From Felis catus (lineage: Eukaryota): a stretch of 64,000 bases of DNA. The stretch lies in contig NC_058368.1 of NCBI RefSeq assembly GCF_018350175.1, forward strand, positions 70,310,001-70,374,000. Direction: 5' to 3'. The position numbers and the translations under genes were made by a program. Positions 11,480 through 24,045 of the stretch are shown here, one piece after another. Position 1 is the first letter of the stretch. Every line of letters begins with the position of its first letter. The notes under the pieces are model-generated. The model worked only from the letters and a program-made list of their open reading frames with translations. It was not told the origin of the DNA and ran no database searches.

Positions 11480-12850
11480 ATAGCCCACTCAACTGTTTTC
11501 AGGACCAGTATGGCTCCTGGCCTGCAGTTTGAAAACACCACACATATCAGTTATTACATAGGGTCTGTCAGCTCTTGGAAGTCCCCAGTCTCACCACATG
11601 CTCTCATTACCTACAAGCGGCTGGCCCAGGAGAAGAATGAAGAGGGAATTTGTAAACAACACTCTGAAGGGATGGTGTTCATTGCATATACTCTCCATCA
11701 GCTGTCTCTCCCCAAGTCAGAAGACACTGGTCCAGGAATCGAGGGGTTGAAGTGACCCCTCTCTAGTAGCCCAAGAACACACTCCATCCCTGCTAGTATA
11801 GACATCCTGGTTTTAAAGGGAAGAATGTTCGGGGCGCCTGGGTGGCACAGTCGGTTAAGCGTCCAACTTCAGCTCAGGTCACGATCTCGCGGTCCGGGAG
11901 TTCGAGCCCCGCGTCGGGCTCTGGGCTGATGGCTCGGAGCCTGGAGCCTGTTTCCGATTCTGTGTCTCCCTCTCTCTCTGCCCCTCCCCCGTTCATGCTC
12001 TGTCTCTCTCTGTCTCAAAAATAAATAAATGTTAAAAAAATAAATAAAATAAAATAAAGGGAAGAATGTTCTCATTAAAGCGAGACCACAGTGTACAATG
12101 AATCAGGTCTGACTGCCATCTGGCCTTTGGAGGCTCCTCAAGCCACTAAACCAAGAGGCAAAAGATGATGAGGCGCTACCCACTGGGGCAAGAGAAAACT
12201 GGGCAGCTGTTCCAAAGAGCAGTTCTTCAGGGCATCTCTTAGCATTTCTATCTCTAAGTCCAAGCCTCTGAAAAACCACAGCAACCAACAGAAAGGTGGG
12301 GCCACTGAGGATTCAGGCACTCAGGTGAAGAATTCTAATCAGTTGAGGTCCTGGCTGGGGGCAAAGGAAATGTGGAATGAGTAACAGGAGAATAAAGATC
12401 TAAATATCAACTACTGCCAAATAGCCATTTAGGGAAGCAAACACCGCAACAGCATTGCTTATTTCCCACTTGCTTGCTGCTTGGGGGTGGGTGTAGGTAC
12501 CGATTCCTTCTCCTTCCTTTCATACTATTTTATATAAACACTGTGATTGAAACTTGACTCTACAATTTAAACTTTGGGTGGCACATATTCCTATGAGATT
12601 GCAACTGAATTTTAAGGGCTAATGAAAAAACTCCAGAAATGGATAATGTGACTTTCTCCCAAAGACAGATACGATGACTAATGAAATGTTGTGACTTCTT
12701 GTTTTGAGGAGCTAGTGAAAGCATCTTCCTCTGAGTTAAGGGTATCTGTGTTCTGTTAGGCTGAAACATAGTTGTTCTCGTTGTGAGGAAGCTCATACAC
12801 GCACAGGGGGTGGGTGTGCATACTGAGTGCTCAAAGGGGTGGGCTGTGCC
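11480..12850 (+). mobile_element. Degenerate ERVL/MaLR internal sequence
   Basis: Motifs such as ggtccaggaatcgaggggttgaagtgacccct and gaggtcctggctgggggcaaaggaaatgtggaatg resemble ERVL/MLT internal sequence; lies directly 5' of an LTR. Confidence 0.5.
11831..12054 (+). mobile_element. Young felid SINE
   Basis: CpG-intact; TSD taaagggaagaatgttc. Confidence 0.95.
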
Positions 12851-12904
12851 AGTTATTAAGCTATTGTCTCCCAGCTCCAGCCCCAGCCTTCCATACTCAA
12901 CTCT

Positions 12905-13456
12905 GTGATGCTGGCTCCGAACACCACATTCCGCTTTACCAGTTGGCTCCTTATTGGGCTCACCACCAGGAGGCACCAGAGAGAGATGCAAAGCTGCGGG
13001 AGGAAAGGGAGCATGCTCCTTGGTGCCTGCTTCCTGCGGGCTTTGATTGCTCCTGTCACCCTGCAACACTCCTTCACCTGGCAGCAGCGGGTCCTTCCTG
13101 TGAAGCGCCTGAATCAGGTCTGCCATTTTCCCAGCACTTACAGACCCATCCTCATCACACCCCCACAGAAACCATCACCAGCTGCCCAGCACCCTCCAGG
13201 TCTTGGTTTCGGCTCGGTGGGCAGCCCCTCCAAGCTTCTAAGATTTAGTATCACAATCTCCTTCCTTGTCCGCCCAAGCCCAGCGGATGGCTGCTTCTTG
13301 CGGCCACTACCTCTATGACATGTTAACATTTTCTTTTTATGTTTTCAATACCTACTCAACAACTTTATACCTAGTAACAATTCTTTATATTTAACTCTCT
13401 CAGTTAAAATAACTGGTGTGATTTGTGTTTCCTGTCTGGACCCTATTATACTATAC
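12905..13456 (+). mobile_element. LTR33-like ERVL LTR
   Basis: 3' end aattctttatatttaactctctcagttaaaataactggtgtgatttgtgtttcctgtctggaccct resembles the LTR33 terminus. Confidence 0.65.
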
Positions 13457-13477
13457 TAGGGTCTAAACAGTTGTGGG

Positions 13478-13668
13478 GTTTTTTTAGTTTATTTATTTAT
13501 TTTGAGAGAGAGAAAGCACAAGTGGGGGAGGGGCAGAGAGAGAGGAGGAAAGAGAATCCCAAGCAGACTCCGCCCTGTCAGCACAGAGCCTGACGCAGGG
13601 CTCAAACTCATGAACTGTGAGATCATGATCTGAGCCGAAGTTCTACACTCAATGGACTAGGGCACCCT
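13478..13668 (-). mobile_element. Carnivore SINE
   Basis: Reverse SINE body. Confidence 0.9.
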
Positions 13669-13699
13669 GGGGTCTTAACAGTTTTAAAGGACTAGATCA

Positions 13700-14430
13700 C
13701 CAAAGGATGAAAATGGTCAATAAGTGCAGAAAAAGATGCTCAACATCCTTAGGGAACAAATTAAAACTACAGTGACATCCCACTACACATCTAATAGGAT
13801 GGCTAAAATTTTAGCAGACTAGCCATACGGAGTGTCGGCAAGGATGTGGAATAACTGGAACCCTAATAATGTGGGAAACCGTTTAACAGTGCCTAAAACT
13901 GTCAGAGAGTTACCATCTAACCTAGCGGCTCCACTCCTAGGTATTCCCCCAAGAAAAATGAAAGCACATGTTCACACTGGGATGCATGTTCACAGCAACA
14001 TTATTCGTGATAACCAAAAAGAGGGCAATAACCCAAATGTCCATCAACTGGTGACTGGATACACAAAATGTGTTTTGTTTGGAATGGAATACTATTTGGC
14101 AATAAAAAGGAATGACGTACTGACACATAGCTACCGCATGGATGAACCCCAGAAATATCAAGCTAAGTAAAAGGAGCCAGACAGAAAGGCATATATTGTC
14201 TGATTCTATTTGTAACTTTAGAAAATGTGAGTCTATAGAGACAGAAAGCAGATTAGTGGTTGCCTGGAGCTGGGGATGGGAACTGAAAATGGTCACGAGA
14301 TTTCTTTTGGGGGTGACAGAAATGTTCTACAATTAGATCATGGTGATGATTGCACAAATCTGCAAATTTACTAAAACTTGTTGAATTGAACTTCGTGGCA
14401 TATAAATTATACCTCAACGAAACTGTGAAA
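13700..14430 (+). mobile_element. Old L1 3' fragment
   Basis: aaaagatgctcaacatc...ccactcctaggtatt...aaaaggaatgacgtactgacacat motifs. Confidence 0.85.
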
Positions 14431-15479
14431 CAAAAGACTAGGGAAAATATTTGAAGAAAATATGACCCTAGAAAATCTAGTGTTGGAGACAAATGAAATA
14501 AATCATGATAAGAAACCACAATGCCCTGATAAGTAAAATGAAACATTTGTGTCTAGACATACATATAATTGCATGTGACAAATACAGCATGCCTACGGAC
14601 CAAACCATTTCAGCAAACAGAATCATCTTTCTTCCAAATGCTTAAGAATAGATCTGGTTGTGCAGCATTAAAGACATGCCCAGCTTGAGTTAAAAGATGG
14701 TTTGTTCAAAACTGAACATGTGGGGTACCATAAGCATTCACATCTCGCTAATGTCAATAAAGAGGAAGATACTATTTTGAAGGTGAGAAAATTCTCTCAT
14801 GTGAAGGGGCAGGCTTTTTCATTTATTTTGTTTGTTTTAAGGAATGCCTCTTAACAATGACAGTGACATTGCTAAGGAAGACAGGCTGATGATGCCTCAT
14901 TTACAAAATAGCAAAGACCAACTGACCATAGGCAACCAATACAAAATAAGTACATCACTGAAATTGTGCTTGAAATCAGAGAGCATTATAATGTAAAAGT
15001 AAGGGATTTCTAAAGATAGAAATAGCTAGAATGGCTAGACTAGCCATTCAGACAGGCAAATAATTTTTCTTAAAACGAATGGCTTAAATTTTGAGCTTAT
15101 TTGTTGGTTCCTGGATAGTGTCTGTCTATGCTTGATACAAAGAACTATTCTTTAGCCCAATGTTCAGAGCATTCATATTTGAAGAAGACTCTTCCCCCAA
15201 AATGCACGTAGAATATCTCAAAAAGGAATATAATGATAACATACACTTTATAATAAATATCTTGTTTTTCAAAATTAGTGTTTTAAACAGTATTTATGAC
15301 TATAACTTTTTAAAAATAATATTTGGTATTTTTATTAGTTTTTAATAAAAATTTTTTCTGCCATAGAATCCCAATTTGTAGCATTGTGCTTAAGGAAAAT
15401 AAAAGAGAAATTTAACAGACATTGCTTCAAATGTTACACAGGAACTAATTAACCTATAAGACATGGGTCACCTGTATGA

Positions 15480-15593
15480 CTCTCCCATTATAGATGATAA
15501 GATCAAGGCTCAGAGAAGTAAACTAATTTGACCAAAGTCACACAGCTGGCATATAGAATATAAACCAAGGCTCCCTGGCTCCTAAGTCTCTAC
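15480..15593 (-). mobile_element. MIR fragment
   Basis: cccattatagatga...aggctcagagaagtaa...ccaaagtcacacagct. Confidence 0.7.
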
Positions 15594-16216
15594 TGTTAGG
15601 ACGTCCTTGGAACCACAGTAGAGGGGACGGCCACCTTGCCAGCGCAACCCAATGAAAAGCCCCTAGTAGGGTGCCAGACAAATTGAAGGTTAACCAATCA
15701 CCGAGCGAGCGACAGCACGACCTGATGCAAAAAAGGCCCACCCGGGCCTAAACCCGGAACCCTGCAGCTTAAAAACCCCACCCCACTACACCTGGGGGCG
15801 ACTTCCCTGACTTCTCTCTCTCTCTCTCTCCCCCTCCCTCCCTCCCTTCCTCCCTCCCTCCCTCCCTCCCTCCGTCACGGAACCTCGCTGGAGACCTTAG
15901 TTCCCAAATAAAGCCTTTGACTGCTAAAATTTTTTTTTTAATTTTTTTTTCAACGTTTATTTATTTTTGGGACAGAGAGAGACAGAGCATGAACGGGGGA
16001 GGGGCAGAGAGAGAGGGAGACATAGAATCCGAAACAGGCTCCAGGCTCTGAGCCATCAGCCCAGAGCCCGACACGGGGCTCGAACTCACGACCGCGAGAT
16101 CGTGACCTGGTTGAAGTCGGATGCTTAACCGACTGCGCCACCCAGGCGCCCCATACTGCTAAAATTTTTTAGCCTCTGACTCCTATCTTTACCCTGCCTT
16201 ACCCCTGACCCTAACA
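15594..16216 (+). mobile_element. Relatively young solo ERV LTR, split by a SINE
   Basis: Inverted ends TGTTAGG...CCTAACA; TSD TCTAC/CCTAC; two CCAAT boxes; TTAAAA box near 15769; AATAAA at 15907-15912; CpGs retained. Confidence 0.85.
15936..16152 (-). mobile_element. Young felid SINE inside the LTR
   Basis: TSD actgctaaaatttttt. Confidence 0.95.
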
Positions 16217-16266
16217 CCTACTGTTTCCAGCATGTCACAAATCTCACTAAAAATAATGTTGATTAT

Positions 16267-16385
16267 GGGGTGCCTGGGTGGCTCAGTCAGTTAAGCATCC
16301 TACTCTTGATCTCAGCTCAGGTCTTGATCTCAGGATCATGAGTTCAAGACCCACATTGGACTCTATGCCCCCAATTTTTTAAAAT
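16267..16385 (+). mobile_element. Short carnivore SINE
   Basis: tRNA-like head only, then AT-rich tail. Confidence 0.85.
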
Positions 16386-17563
16386 AATAATAATGTTATT
16401 TACATAGAGAAATAAAAAATTATATAGTATTTATGAACATAATATATATTTATTCATATTCATATTTATTATGAACATAATACATATTATACCTGAAAGA
16501 ACACATGAGGTTCCAGTGCTTTATTCAGTTACATTAGTTCCTTAAAATAGATCTGGTCCTCTATTTGGGAAGGGGAAGCGCTGGGGTTAGGTCCTTTTCA
16601 TCAACTGAAAGGAGAGGTATATACTCAGAGCCAAAGAACATCCAAAAAGATGCTAAGTGGCAAGATATCATTTTAATACCCCAGGGCCCCACCAAAACTT
16701 CTAAAATAGCAAAGGTGATTCATGCACAGCCAATGGAAAGTCTCTATTTGAAGGGCCTGCTTCATGATCTACTTGCAACATAAATCCCTCACTTGTATGA
16801 AAGGTAAGGAATCATTCCTTCTGTTCCTGATGAGAACAACAGAGAATTCAAGAGCTGATGTCATAGCTACTTGCTTAGGACACACCCCCAATGGGTGGGT
16901 GATATTAGAATGCTCCAACTTCCACAAAGCAACAAACTCTGGGAAGACATGTTTGTTAACTTCATAATAGCCAACAGCTTGATCACATCTATTATGTGAC
17001 CAAAGAAATGTCTTGATGATTCAGTATTTGCTGGGAAAAACTCATGATGCATTTCCTTCTTTTAACCCATCAGAGTCACCAAGGAAGGTCACTGGCTAGA
17101 GGTCACCAGGAGATCATGGTACATCCTTATGCTAAGTGGCCTCAGTCCAAGGAAGGTTCTCAGTTTATAGTTCCCACCCACTAAATGGGAAGATGGCCAT
17201 GTAATCTGTTATCAGTGCCAATGAAGATACAATGAGGATGACACACTAATGTTAAAACTGATTCCAAAATCCATCCAATTATACAAACCCCTGAAACTCC
17301 TCGAGAGGATGGCGGCCATGTCCTCTTTATCAACCAAAAGGGGAGGAACTATAAAAATTTATTAATTTATGTGCTATAAATTAAAGTGAGCTTGGTATTT
17401 TGTTGCTTCTCCATTGAGGATACCAAACCTGTATAATTTTAAAGGAATTCTGAAGAGTCTGCTTCAAAATATCACAAACTTTTTTGTACTTGGCAACCAA
17501 CAAGAATGTCAACTTATGTGAAAGTCTTTATTCAGCAGATGTGTGTCTAATTAAACATTAACA

Positions 17564-17792
17564 GGGGGAGCCTGGGTGGCTCAGTCGGTAACCATCCGAC
17601 TTCGGCTCAGGTCATGATCTCCGGGTTCGTGAGTTCAAGCCCCACATCGGGCTCTTGTGCTGACAGCTCGGAGCCTGGAGCCTGCTTCAGATTCTGTGTC
17701 TCCCTCTTTCTCTGCCCCTTCCCTGCATGCTCTCTCTCTCTCTCTCTCTCCCTCTCTCTCAAAAATAAATAAATGTTAAAAAAAATTTTTTA
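17564..17792 (+). mobile_element. Carnivore SINE
   Basis: Full body and tail. Confidence 0.9.
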
Positions 17793-17966
17793 ATTAACAG
17801 AAATTATGAAATGAAATCATATTCCCATAGAAAGTTCAAAGTTGCCTAAAAGTGAAAGTTTTCATTTTACTCCATTAAAAATTAATAACAGATTCCAGTA
17901 GTCTAAGATATTATTGGCTTTTAGGAACAAATGTGTCAATAACTGTTAAAGAATAGTTCCTTGCTA

Positions 17967-18112
17967 GGGGCACCTGGGTGACTCAGTCTGTTAAGTGTCT
18001 GACTCTTGATCTCAGCTCAGATCTTGATCTTAGGGTCCTGAGTTCAAGCCCCACATTGGGCTCCATGCTAGGCGTGGAACCTACTTAAAAAAAAGCGGGG
18101 GGGGGGGGGGTT
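17967..18112 (+). mobile_element. Short carnivore SINE with a poly-G run in its tail
   Basis: TSD gttccttgcta. Confidence 0.85.
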
Positions 18113-18278
18113 GTTCCTTGCTATAAGAGCTAAAAATTTTAGAACATGTGATGTTTTAATATATCTGAGCACAGATAACAGATTGAAATAGATATATGTC
18201 TGCCTTTCTATCCATCAGGTAAGAACTAAAGACCAGGAAACATTTTGATGATACTTTTTTATTTCTTATAGATAGATC

Positions 18279-18490
18279 TTTTTTTTTTAAGTTTTATTTA
18301 CTTATTTTGAGAGAGAGAGAGCACAAATGGGGGGCGGGGGGACACAGAGAAGGAGAGACAGAATCCCAAGCAGGCTCCGCACCATCAGCACAGAGCCCAG
18401 TGAGGGCCTCAAACTCACAAACCCTGAGATCATGACTGGAGCCGAGATCAAGAGTCAGACGTTTAACTGACTGAGCCACCTAGGCGCTCC
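18279..18490 (-). mobile_element. Carnivore SINE
   Basis: Reverse SINE body. Confidence 0.9.
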
Positions 18491-19679
18491 TACAGGAAGA
18501 TCATTTAATTCAGCCAGGCCCAGTAGTAGAGAAGGCAAAGACAAATATTCCATCTTGGCTCTACACAGAAAATCTGAATATGGAAAGCAGACTAGATGAC
18601 CAGATCCGGGCTGCTCTGGAAGGGACACAGGACCAATACGTAAAAAGTCTCTAATCACCAGCGTTGCCCTAAGACAGAATAGGCTATTTGGGAGAAAATG
18701 AAACTCCAGCCCCTGGATGTACTCACACAGGAGTGGGAATGCCAGTAACAGAAGCATTGCAATGGCGACTGCACTAAAATGGCATCAGAGGGCACTTTGG
18801 GTCCTGCAATTTGATGGGTTCTCCACTTTATAGACCTTGGCTGTAACTGCAAGTTCAGTCAGGCAAAATGAGAGCTAGTGTGTCTTTGGTCACATGGGTG
18901 GCCTAAAGGGATGGCACAGAGGACACAATAGCCCCAATGTATAAGGTATATTTCATATATCATTGCCTAGTACAACAATGTTACAAGTGAAGGCGCAGAG
19001 GCTCAGAGACAATTAACGATGACCAAAGTCACAAAGTACTGGATATCTAGTCCCTCATCCTCAGACTTCCAGATTAGACCTCTTTCTACTCTACCACGAT
19101 GCTTCCCTGTCAGGCCTCCAAAGAACCACATACATTCCTGACACACAGAAGTACTAAGTAAAAGAAACATTTACACTTACACAGAAAAAAAAAAAAAATC
19201 CACAGATCAAAATGCTTGGCCAGCTTCAGGAGTCTACAATATCGCTCCAGTGTGAAGACCAGATCTTTTTTTCCAACTTCAAGTCATGAAATATATTCAA
19301 ACCACGTGCTCCATCTAGTGGATTAATGGAAGATCCTCAGGATGAAGGAAATGCACATTTTTAATACTGTTCAATTCACACAACCCTGAAGTATTTGTTT
19401 GCAGGAGTCAAGGCTGAACTCATTCCAGCTGGTTAAAACTACACTTCAAATTTGCTTCCTCCCCCCATTTGCCCAGTTTTCCCCAACATAAGTCAGTGGG
19501 GTGGGTCATGTCACTGGTAATCAAGGTAAAAGCTCTCCGTGGGCGCACCCTCAGCAGGTGTAACTCATACCTGACTCTGAAGCTCACAGACATTCCATAG
19601 CCTCTTCATATTACTGCAGTGACTGACTACTCATCATCTTAAGCTCAAGAGCAGACATTCCTCTCAGAGAAAAGAACAA

Positions 19680-19820
19680 GATGTGGTAGGAAAAATCCAG
19701 GCTTAGAAGTCAGCCAACATCCCTGGTCCTGCCAAGTTTCTGAATGTTGCAACCTTAAGTAAGTCATCTAACCTCTGCCTCGATTCCTCATCTGTAAAAT
19801 ATGGACAATAACGTATCCCT
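19680..19820 (+). mobile_element. MIR fragment
   Basis: accttaagtaagtcatctaacctctgcctcgattcctcatctgtaaaat core. Confidence 0.7.
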
Positions 19821-20159
19821 AAGGATACGTTAGGGACCTTATCTTCGGCTCCAAACTTCTATTTTAAAGAGGTAATAAAATGGCTAGCATGGTTGCTAGA
19901 AAATATGGAGACACATCATAATAATAAGGAATAGTCAAGAAACTGTATGACTAGGAGATAGGTGATACCTGTAGATGCCAGGAGTTGAGTTATCACAAGA
20001 ACGTAGGTCCTTGTAAACCATTATTAATGTGTTTAGATTTCATCCAGCATGAATGGGGGGCCACCAGATTATCTTTCCTTGACCCACATCTATCACTTCC
20101 CTACACTGCCCGAAAACTTGAAGTCAACCCATTCCCTAAAGAATGAAGTAGAATGTTCT

Positions 20160-20378
20160 TTTTTTTAAATTGTTTAATGTTTATTCATTTTTGAGAGACA
20201 GAGAAACAGTGCATGAGTGGAGGAAGAGCAGAGAGAGAAGGAGACACAGAATTTGAAGCAGGCTCCAGGTTCTGAGCTCTCAGCACAGAGCCCTACGTGT
20301 GGCTCGAATTCACGAACCTTGAGATCATGACCTGAGCCAACGTCAGATGATTAACCAACTGAGCCACCCAGGTGCCCC
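20160..20378 (-). mobile_element. Carnivore SINE
   Basis: Reverse SINE body. Confidence 0.9.
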
Positions 20379-20539
20379 TCAACCTCCCACTTTTGAGTGG
20401 GCATACTGAATATTAGCAGTAAACACCCTCAACTCAATTAAACTATTAACTGTAACCTTACACAAAATATGAATGAGCACTGTCAGACTGCTGACTGCCT
20501 CCTTCACTCTGGTGTCTGCCCTCCCCTATCAATATAATA

Positions 20540-21091
20540 ATAGCAGTATTTGTGAGCTTATGACCTCCCAGCCAAAGACTACATTTCTCAGCCTCTCTTG
20601 CAGGGAGGCATGGCTACATGACTAGGTTCTGGCTAATGGGATGTAGGCAGAAGTGATGTGTACAACTCTACAATCATGCACTTAGGGGTGCCAGGGTGGC
20701 TCAGTCAGCTAAGCCTCACGTTTCAGCTCAGGTCATGATCTCGCAGTTTGTGAGTTCGAGCCCCGCATTGGGCTCTGTGCAGACAGCTCAGAGCCTGAAG
20801 CCTGCTTCAGATTCTGTGTCTCCCTCTCTCTCTGCCCCTCCCCCACTCATGCTCTGACTCTCTCTCTCTCTCAAAAATAAAAATTAAAAAAAATTTAAAC
20901 TATTAGAAGAACGACCACGTGGAAGATAACACAACAACCAGACAGAAGCAGGCTGGGGTCCCAAAATGGTAGAGTCATCAGTCAAGACGAAACTGTTTGC
21001 ACTTGGACTATTATGTAAATGAGAACTTAATTTCTATCCTTTATAAGTCACTGTTTTTTGGTCTTTGTTAAAGTTAAATCCTAACTAGTAC
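20540..21091 (+). mobile_element. MLT1 (MaLR) LTR, interrupted by a SINE
   Basis: ctacatttctcagcctctcttgcag...gactaggttctggctaatgggatg...taagtcactg motifs. Confidence 0.7.
20685..20895 (+). mobile_element. Carnivore SINE
   Basis: Full body and tail. Confidence 0.9.
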
Positions 21092-21119
21092 TAAAACATC
21101 TACAAACCTGAAAACAAAC

Positions 21120-21240
21120 ATTATGTCCATTCCATGAATATTTATTGGGGACCTACTATGTGCCAAGCATATTATAGACTCTAGAAATACAACTGAGAAT
21201 AAGATTTAGCTTCTGCCCTCTAAGAGCTCATACTCAGATG
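21120..21240 (-). mobile_element. L2 3' end
   Basis: atatttattggggacctactatgtgccaagca...ctgccctctaagagctca. Confidence 0.7.
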
Positions 21241-21334
21241 GGCTTTTTAAGACTTTGGACTATAGATTAAAAGAAAAAGACAATGTGAACATATAATGCC
21301 ACCAAACTATACAGTTACACAATGTTTGTTTTAC

Positions 21335-21433
21335 TTTTTTTTAAATAAGTAATCATGCCCAATGTGGTACTTGAACTCACAACCCTGAGATCAAGAGTCA
21401 CATGCTCTACTGACTGAGCCAGCCAGATGCCCC
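21335..21433 (-). mobile_element. Short carnivore SINE
   Basis: Reverse tRNA-like head. Confidence 0.8.
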
Positions 21434-21559
21434 ACATAAACAGTATTTAAACAGTACGTTTTATGTACATTTTACCACAATAAAAACAAAATGTTACAAA
21501 AAAGAAAACTGTAGAAGAAACAAATTTTAACAGCGATTTGTTTTCAAGTCATATATCCA

Positions 21560-22428
21560 ATTAAAAAAATTTATCCAGATATATAACTTTCAAAACTCAA
21601 TAAGAAAAAAAACTAAAAATAGACAAAAGATCTGAACACTTGCCCAAAATGACATACAAAAGGTAGTACATGAAAAGATGCTCAACTTTGTTAGCAATCA
21701 GCAAAAATTATTTCAAAGCTCAATGAGCTACCTATACATACCATTTTAGAATGGCGAAAATCAAAGACTGCCCATGGCAAGTGTTGACATGGATGTGGAG
21801 GAAAGGAACTCTAACACAAAGATAAGCTGTTGGGGGAATGTAAAATGCTACAACTACCTTGGAAAATATTCTGGCAGTTTCTGAAAAGTAAACATTCACC
21901 AACCATATGACCCAACCATTCTACTGCTATGATATTTACCCAAGAGAAATTAAAACATGCATCCATACAAAAGCTAATGTACAAATAGTCATGTCAATTT
22001 TATCTGTAATAACCAAAGAATGAAAGCAACCCAAGGGTCAGGTGAATTGATTGATGGATGGATAAATTATAGTATATCCACACAATCAAATGTCACTCAA
22101 TAAAAAAGAATGAATTATTGATATACACATGTATGAATCACAAAATAATTATGCTGAATGAAAGGTGCTAGACCAAAAAAGGTTTGTAACATATGACTGC
22201 ATTTTTATAAAAACTAATTTATAGAAACAGCAGATCTGCGATTATGTAAGGTTAAGGAAGGAACAAGAGGGATGGATTACAGAAGGGCACAGGGACACTT
22301 TCAGGAGTGATGGATATGTTCATCATCTTGAATGCTGTGATGATTTTACAGAGGTTGAAACTTACCATATTTGACATTTGAAGTATATATTTTTTAATAT
22401 ATGTCAATTATCCTCAATAGAGCTATTT
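21560..22428 (+). mobile_element. Old L1 3' fragment
   Basis: catgaaaagatgctcaac...ccatatgacccaacc...tcaatagagct motifs. Confidence 0.85.
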
Positions 22429-23864
22429 AAGGGGGGGGGGAGTTTTTATGGTAACATTTTCACACAGATTCAAATGCATGATCTCTTGTTCTTAGCTTCC
22501 ATCAATCTAATTCAGACTCTGCTCTAAAGTTATCAATATACCCTCGTATTACTAACTATTAATCTGAAAAGCTGATATAATAGAACTTTCAACTCAAAAC
22601 AAAACTGACTTCTGAGAAAAGGGAAGAAGAGAGTGCATTTCACACTCTCTGTCCTTTGGAAATTAACAGGATTCCAGTTTTCCCACATGCTACTTTGGCT
22701 TCTCCCACGGGAAAGTACATTTACACTCAAGCCTGTGCATGTGTGCATTCTTCAAAGGGGGACTTAAAAAGGAAAGGATAAGAAGTGCCTAGAAATTATT
22801 GAGCATTAATCGATGAACTGAAGTTCTTAATTCCACCATGAGAATTTCTCCAAACACAATGAAAAACTCACAAATACAGTATCTATTTGATAGCTTGGAA
22901 GCTATACACATCTGCCGCAGGACCATTATTGTGTCACATCATCTTCTGAATGACTGTAAAATAGTTTAACTTTTTAATCCACGTGATTTATACCTACTTA
23001 CTTTCTTAGATAATTTCTAAATAAAAATCAGTGCTATTGCATTTGTTATATCTAGCATAAAATACTAAAACCTTTCAGGAAACATCTTTTATAGATTAAT
23101 TTTAATGCATCATTTAAAAAACAACATCTGTTGGGGCAATAGATCCATCCAGTAAATAATGTATTAATTTAAAAACAACATCTGCTTGAGCAGTAGACCC
23201 AGTAAACATTTTTTGAAGTTAGAAAATCTATTGTTTTGTACACATAATAATTATGTTAATAAACTCTCCAATACATAAGACAGGATCTTAAAATGTCTTA
23301 ACACTGCAGCTCACAAAATAAACCCTGTAATTTATGGGTGTTAAAATGGCTGTACAATCTAACTTTTAAGTGATATTATTGTCAACCATGACTCATGGGA
23401 AGAAAAAAATGTTTTTCATTTCTTAACACTTGGGAGTTACTTTATTTTTAACTACGAAAATAAAACCTCATTCTCAAATGAAACTGTGGGAAAATGTTAA
23501 CAAAGAAGAAACCTCAATAGAAAGTAATACATGTAATACTTTAATTGAATCCTGATAATAATAACAAAGCATAGCAGTTATTCTCTGCAAAATGATGCCA
23601 TTGGGTTAGCGTTCTTTCCACAAGCACTATGCTTGGTGGAGGAAATTTGGCGGGGAAGTAATTCAATCCCACGAGTTTCTGTCTAGTGGAGTTTTCTACA
23701 AGAGGGGAGCACCAGCCCCTTCCTGTTTCCTCCATATTCACTCAATCATTAGCACAGCAACATCGTTAAGGAGGCTGAGTAGCATTAGACTTTGATTATA
23801 AATTCCTGCCTTAACTACCTTTTGGGAGTTAGAATTTTCAGATAATACTGAGAGGGTGTTCAAA

Positions 23865-24045
23865 TTCAGAGAGGCCCTGGAGTCAGACAGCCCTGGCTTG
23901 AGGAGCTCCATCCACATGTCTCACTGGCATGTAACCCTGAACAAGTTACTTAGTGTCTCAAAGGCTCAGTTTTCCCATCTGTTAAAGGGGGACACAAACA
24001 TTACCTTCCTCTAGCATAGTGAGTACTCCATTAACACTAGTTTAT
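23865..24045 (+). mobile_element. MIR fragment
   Basis: ggagtcagacag...aacaagttacttag...ctcagttttcccatctgttaaagggg. Confidence 0.7.

Noticed and set aside
12560..13329. Overlapping 137-188 aa ORFs
   Set aside because: Lie in a GC-rich LTR33-like element; no domain or convincing splice signals.
19817..19835. Telomeric CCCTAA/TTAGGG
   Set aside because: Single units that are part of a hairpin, not an interstitial telomere array.
23389..23397. AP-1 sites (TGA[C/G]TCA) here and elsewhere
   Set aside because: 7-mers are expected several times by chance in 64 kb.
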